A DNA stretch of 64,000 bases, taken from contig CM052832.1 in the NCBI GenBank assembly GCA_028534125.1, positions 13,394,001 to 13,458,000 on the forward strand, in the 5' to 3' direction. Positions 59,979 through 64,000 of the stretch are shown here, one piece after another; position 1 is the first letter of the stretch, and each line of letters opens with the position of its first letter. This DNA comes from Lama glama. Taxonomy: Eukaryota. The notes below the pieces were generated by a model. It did no database searches. It was not told the DNA's origin and worked only from the letters and a program-made list of their open reading frames with translations. The position numbers and the translations under genes are program-made.

Positions 59979-60785
59979 AGTCTAGGCGCAGTTTTAACAT
60001 CCTGGGTTTGTCTGTTTCCACGTGATTAGACACAAGTTAAATTTCCTTAAACAAGAATATGTATATATACAGATGGTAGCTGTGTGCTTCCAATTGCCAT
60101 CACAGCACAGACACAACCCCAGGTTACTCCAATATAGGGGATAAGTTTGATAACTTGGTTAAAGTGGTGACTATAGGTCTCTCACTGTAAAGAGAGATAG
60201 AATACCCTATCTCTTAAGAACTTTTCACCCAGTGGTTTCAGCATCTATTAATGATTCTTGCCTGAATCAATTATTACATTTGCAATCACAAAAATGACTT
60301 TCTAATTTTATCATTCCTCCTACATTTATTGTCTAGCATTCTTCAGTGAAGTAGAAATACTTCACTCCCCCGTTGTTTTCCTTTTTAAATATCATTATGA
60401 ACTCGAAGATTTGTTTTAACCTAGTGTATTACAATCCATTACCATCACTTTTTTCAAATTGTCCCAAATGTGGCTAATGGGGTTCCCTTCAACTCTTCAT
60501 CTGTGTCATTTAAACACAATTCTATTGGCTTTTGAGGCTACTTCCTGTACAAGATTTTTCCAAGCTCACCTTTCACCATCTCTGCCCTAGACCTGGAATC
60601 AGCCATTTCTCCCTGGAAACTCTGTTCCTTTAAGTGGACAAAGGCGCTTAGGATCTGAGCACTAGGGTTCTTCATAGCTACTGGGGTGTCATTGCTTAGG
60701 TCACTTCAGTAGGCAAAGTTGGGGATTTTTTTTTAAACATTCATGAGTTTATGTAGCTAATTTCAACTCAAATTCAACACTATGG

Positions 60786-60885
60786 TTTTTATTTTTTCTT
60801 TTTTTTTTTAATGGAGGTACTGGGGGTTGAACCCAGGACCTTGTGCATGCTAAGCATGGACTCTACCAATGAGCTATTCCCACCC
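60786..60885 (-). mobile_element. tRNA-derived SINE, vic-1-like (camelid), short form
   Basis: poly-T then aatggaggtactgggggttgaacccaggaccttgtgcatgctaagcatggactctaccaatgagctat. Confidence 0.85.
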
Positions 60886-61097
60886 ATCTAGGTATTTTAT
60901 ATTAGTACTGTATCTTTTCCCTCATATTGAAAATCTTGCTCCATAAACTAGTTTTAAAATTATAACATCAATAATACTAACAATAAAGAGTTAAAAAGAA
61001 CTTACAATCTAGTGTTTGAGAATGTAAAACACAAGAGTTATATAATACAGAAAATTGATATTTTAGAATCAGAAGAGACCTTAGTGATTATTTTGTC

Positions 61098-61270
61098 CTG
61101 TGGTTCTCAAATGTAGCTGAAAATGAGAATCAAACTTGTTAAAAACATATTCTTGGGCCCCATTCCGCAGAGATTCTGATTTAGTAGATCAAGAGTGGGA
61201 TCCAAGAATGTGAATTTTTAAAAAACTCCTTAGCTGATCCTGTGGACTGGCTATGTTTGGGAACAACTGA
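61098..61270. mobile_element. MER5-like hAT DNA transposon
   Basis: ctgtggttctcaaa...tgggcccc...cagagattctgatttagtag...tttgggaacaactg. Confidence 0.75.
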
Positions 61271-62569
61271 TCTAGTATACCCTTTCATTTCATGAATGAG
61301 AGATTGAATCATAACAATATTCTTTTTTAGAATATTCTACCAGATTATAATCTTAGAGTAGGGAGGCCTTTTTAATCAAGACCAAAACCTCAAAAGCTAA
61401 AAAAGAGAAAGGCAAATCTGACTATAAAAAGACTTTCAAATTTTTTATGGCAAAGGATCCTATAAAGAAAAACAAACTTGAAAATTTGTATTTGCAACAG
61501 GCTACAAAGATTTATGATCATAATACTCACTGAAGGCTTACTGAAAATGCATGAAACTAACCCAGCAGAAAAATGGGCAAAGGATGGAAAAAAGAGGCAA
61601 ATACCCAAAAAAGAGCTTGGTGAAACTATACTGATAGGCTACAAAATAGAACTTAAGGCAAAAAACTACGTAAGTTGGGCAAAGCATAACATTTTAAGAT
61701 ATACGTTGTCAGAACCACTTCTCTTCCTTATTTCTACTTTGAAAGAAAGCCTTAACAAGAGATGCAAGAGAGAAGAGGGCATTCCAATTCCATGGAAAAG
61801 CTGAAATGCCTCTGATTCCACATCCCTCCTCCTTCCTTCTCTATGAATTGCTAAGGCCAGGTTTATAGGCTGGCAGATAAAAGCACAAGGACAGTAGTGA
61901 TAAGATTGTAATTGCTCGGATATATGTTCCTGTCTTCTCCACATGACACTCCTAACTTACTGCTGTTAGTATCTTTTCGTCAATATAACTTATGTCCAAG
62001 AACACCACAGAAAAGACTACATTACGGTGACTTGGATTTAAATTAAGACTTAAGATTTTCCATTCAATTTATCACTGTCTAAAGACCCTTAAACAGTTTC
62101 CTTTACAACTTTATCAATCAAATTACCTAATTTAAAAAATTATTAAACAAAAAGAACAATAACTCTTTTACTCACTACTTAGTTTAAAATATAAAACAAG
62201 ACAATATAGTTGAATCTATTACCATCCTAAGTTTGATATTTCCATCAAACATTTTAAACTATACTTATAATCTTAATATATTTCTTATTTTAGCACTTGA
62301 ATTGCCTACCAAGCAATCTTTAAGTACTCAAAACAAAACTCTAGTAAATCCTAAAGAATTAAACTCGTAAATCTGGTATATCTCAAGAAGTTCTTAAATA
62401 CTGTAACACTCTCAAACAACAAAGTTTTCTTACATCCTTAAACCAATAATCAAACCAAAACATAATTACTCAAGAACACAGTTTACATTAGAATTACAAA
62501 TTAATCAGTTGAGATTCTTCAATATGTCAAATGACCACAAACATCCCATCTTAACTTAAACTTTAGTGA

Positions 62570-62770
62570 TTTAACATATATCGTGCACTACATCCTATTC
62601 TAAGTATTTTATAAATGTTACTTAATACTCAGAAAAAACTTCATGAAGTAGGTGGTATTTTAGCCCCATTTATAGATGAGGAAGCTGAGGAAGAGGTTAA
62701 GGGAAGTTCCCACAGTCACATAGCTAATAAACAGTGGAGCCAGGCTTCAAGTACTGAGGCAAAAGAGCAC
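62570..62770 (-). mobile_element. MIR SINE
   Basis: gtaggtggtattttagccccatttatagatgaggaagctgagg...gtcacatagctaataaacagtggagccagg. Confidence 0.7.
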
Positions 62771-63598
62771 ACATCGAAAATTCTGCAGACAATCCAAAAT
62801 CACTGTATCAGAAGATGGTTCAAGGACCATCAATTTGTGTCAAAAGTTTTCACTGATTCTTAGCAAAAATGAGGACAATATAAATAATGCAGCACACACA
62901 CTATTATCACAGTTCTAAGACAGCTGACATTGACTAAGACATCATCAATCTAATAACAGCATTTTAGGAATAAGTAGCACTATCATATTAAATGTATACG
63001 TGATTTTAAGATACATCCTATTTCAAAAATATTAAAAAGGTGAACTGAAGAATTATGATAGATGTTAGTATAATGCTTTCTTGGTACTTAAATTGTATCT
63101 TTACTGCTTTTTTGATGTTAAATGTCTTTTCTTTTATAAAAAAATGGTGACAGAAAATGATAGCCAGAATTTTTTTTTAATGTCCTAAAATGCTGGTAAC
63201 TTTATGATGGGTTCCCAATGCCCCACAATTTTATAATCATAAATTTCAAAAAACAAATCTGGAACCCAGTCACCTTCTAGGACTAGAAAAACATTTCTAC
63301 CAGTTCAGTCCAGTCTACCTAAAAATATCCCAAAATAGTCTCCTGCTTAGCTCACCGTAGGAGCAATGGACAGCAATCGGACAGCAATTCCTGGGGGAAA
63401 ATTTTTTTTCTTGTGCTGAGCTGAAGTCTGCCTTCCTTCCCTGCACCCACCATGACTTCCATGCACTGGTTAAGTCCTGTCCCCTGGAATAATTCATCCA
63501 TCTGAATGGGACAGGTGAAACAGGAAAAAAATCTGTTTGAAGGCCTTAGACAACTAGTAAGGTAGCCAAGACTCAAAAGACTGAATCTTCAGAGAAGC

Positions 63599-63950
63599 TG
63601 TGATGGTCAGTTTCATATGTCAACCTGGCAAGGCTACTGTCCTGGTTATCCAACCAAACACTAAGCCAGGTGTTACTGTGAAAGTATTCGGTAGATGTGA
63701 TTAAAGTTATAATCATTTTAGTTTAAGGACGGGAGATTATCCTAGATAATCTGGGTAGAACTGATCCACTCAACTGAAAGGCTTTAAGAGCAGAAATGAA
63801 GTTTCTCTGAGGAGGAAGAAATCTGACTGTGGAATGCAGCTTCGACTCCTGCCCAAGAGTCCCAGCCTGCCCTTCCTGCTGGCCTAGTCCAGTCTCCACG
63901 ATCCTATGTGCCAACTCCCTGCAACAAGTATCTTAATGTATGTGTGTGTG
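63599..63950 (+). mobile_element. MLT2-like ERVL LTR
   Basis: Starts TGTGATGGTCAGTTTCATATGTCAACCTGGC; contains gattatcctagataatctgggt...gaaaggctttaagagcagaa typical of MLT2 LTRs. Confidence 0.8.
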
Positions 63951-64000
63951 TTTAACCACAAATAGACAGATGATCTACATTATTCTGATGATACGTAAAT

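Overview
Mammalian genomic DNA, very probably a camelid (four tRNA-derived SINEs resemble the camelid vic-1 family). It holds two intron-containing genes arranged tail-to-tail. STK38 (NDR1 kinase) is on the + strand with 13 coding exons (2480-34288, 1398 nt, 465 aa) and a 3' UTR to about 36125. KCTD20 is on the - strand with 7 coding exons (52759-41946, 1260 nt, 419 aa) and a 3' UTR to about 38520. I reconstructed both reading frames by hand: all introns are GT-AG, phases are consistent and there are no internal stops. The non-coding first exons and promoters of both genes appear to lie outside the window. The rest is ordinary intronic sequence with L1, L2, MIR, hAT-type MER and MLT2 LTR repeats; almost all other ORFs in the track are noise or L1 remnants. 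I found no convincing new multi-gene system. The best leads are: (1) a CpG-rich, phase-symmetric 321-nt candidate exon in KCTD20 intron 3 with one stop directly followed by an ATG that splices in frame to exon 4; (2) a fold-back templated duplication in STK38 intron 9; (3) an open last intron of STK38 with its own poly(A) signal; (4) a tailless U6 fragment just beyond the KCTD20 3' end. Exon numbers follow the human convention (exon 1 non-coding). Repeat family names and human comparisons are from memory, not from a search.
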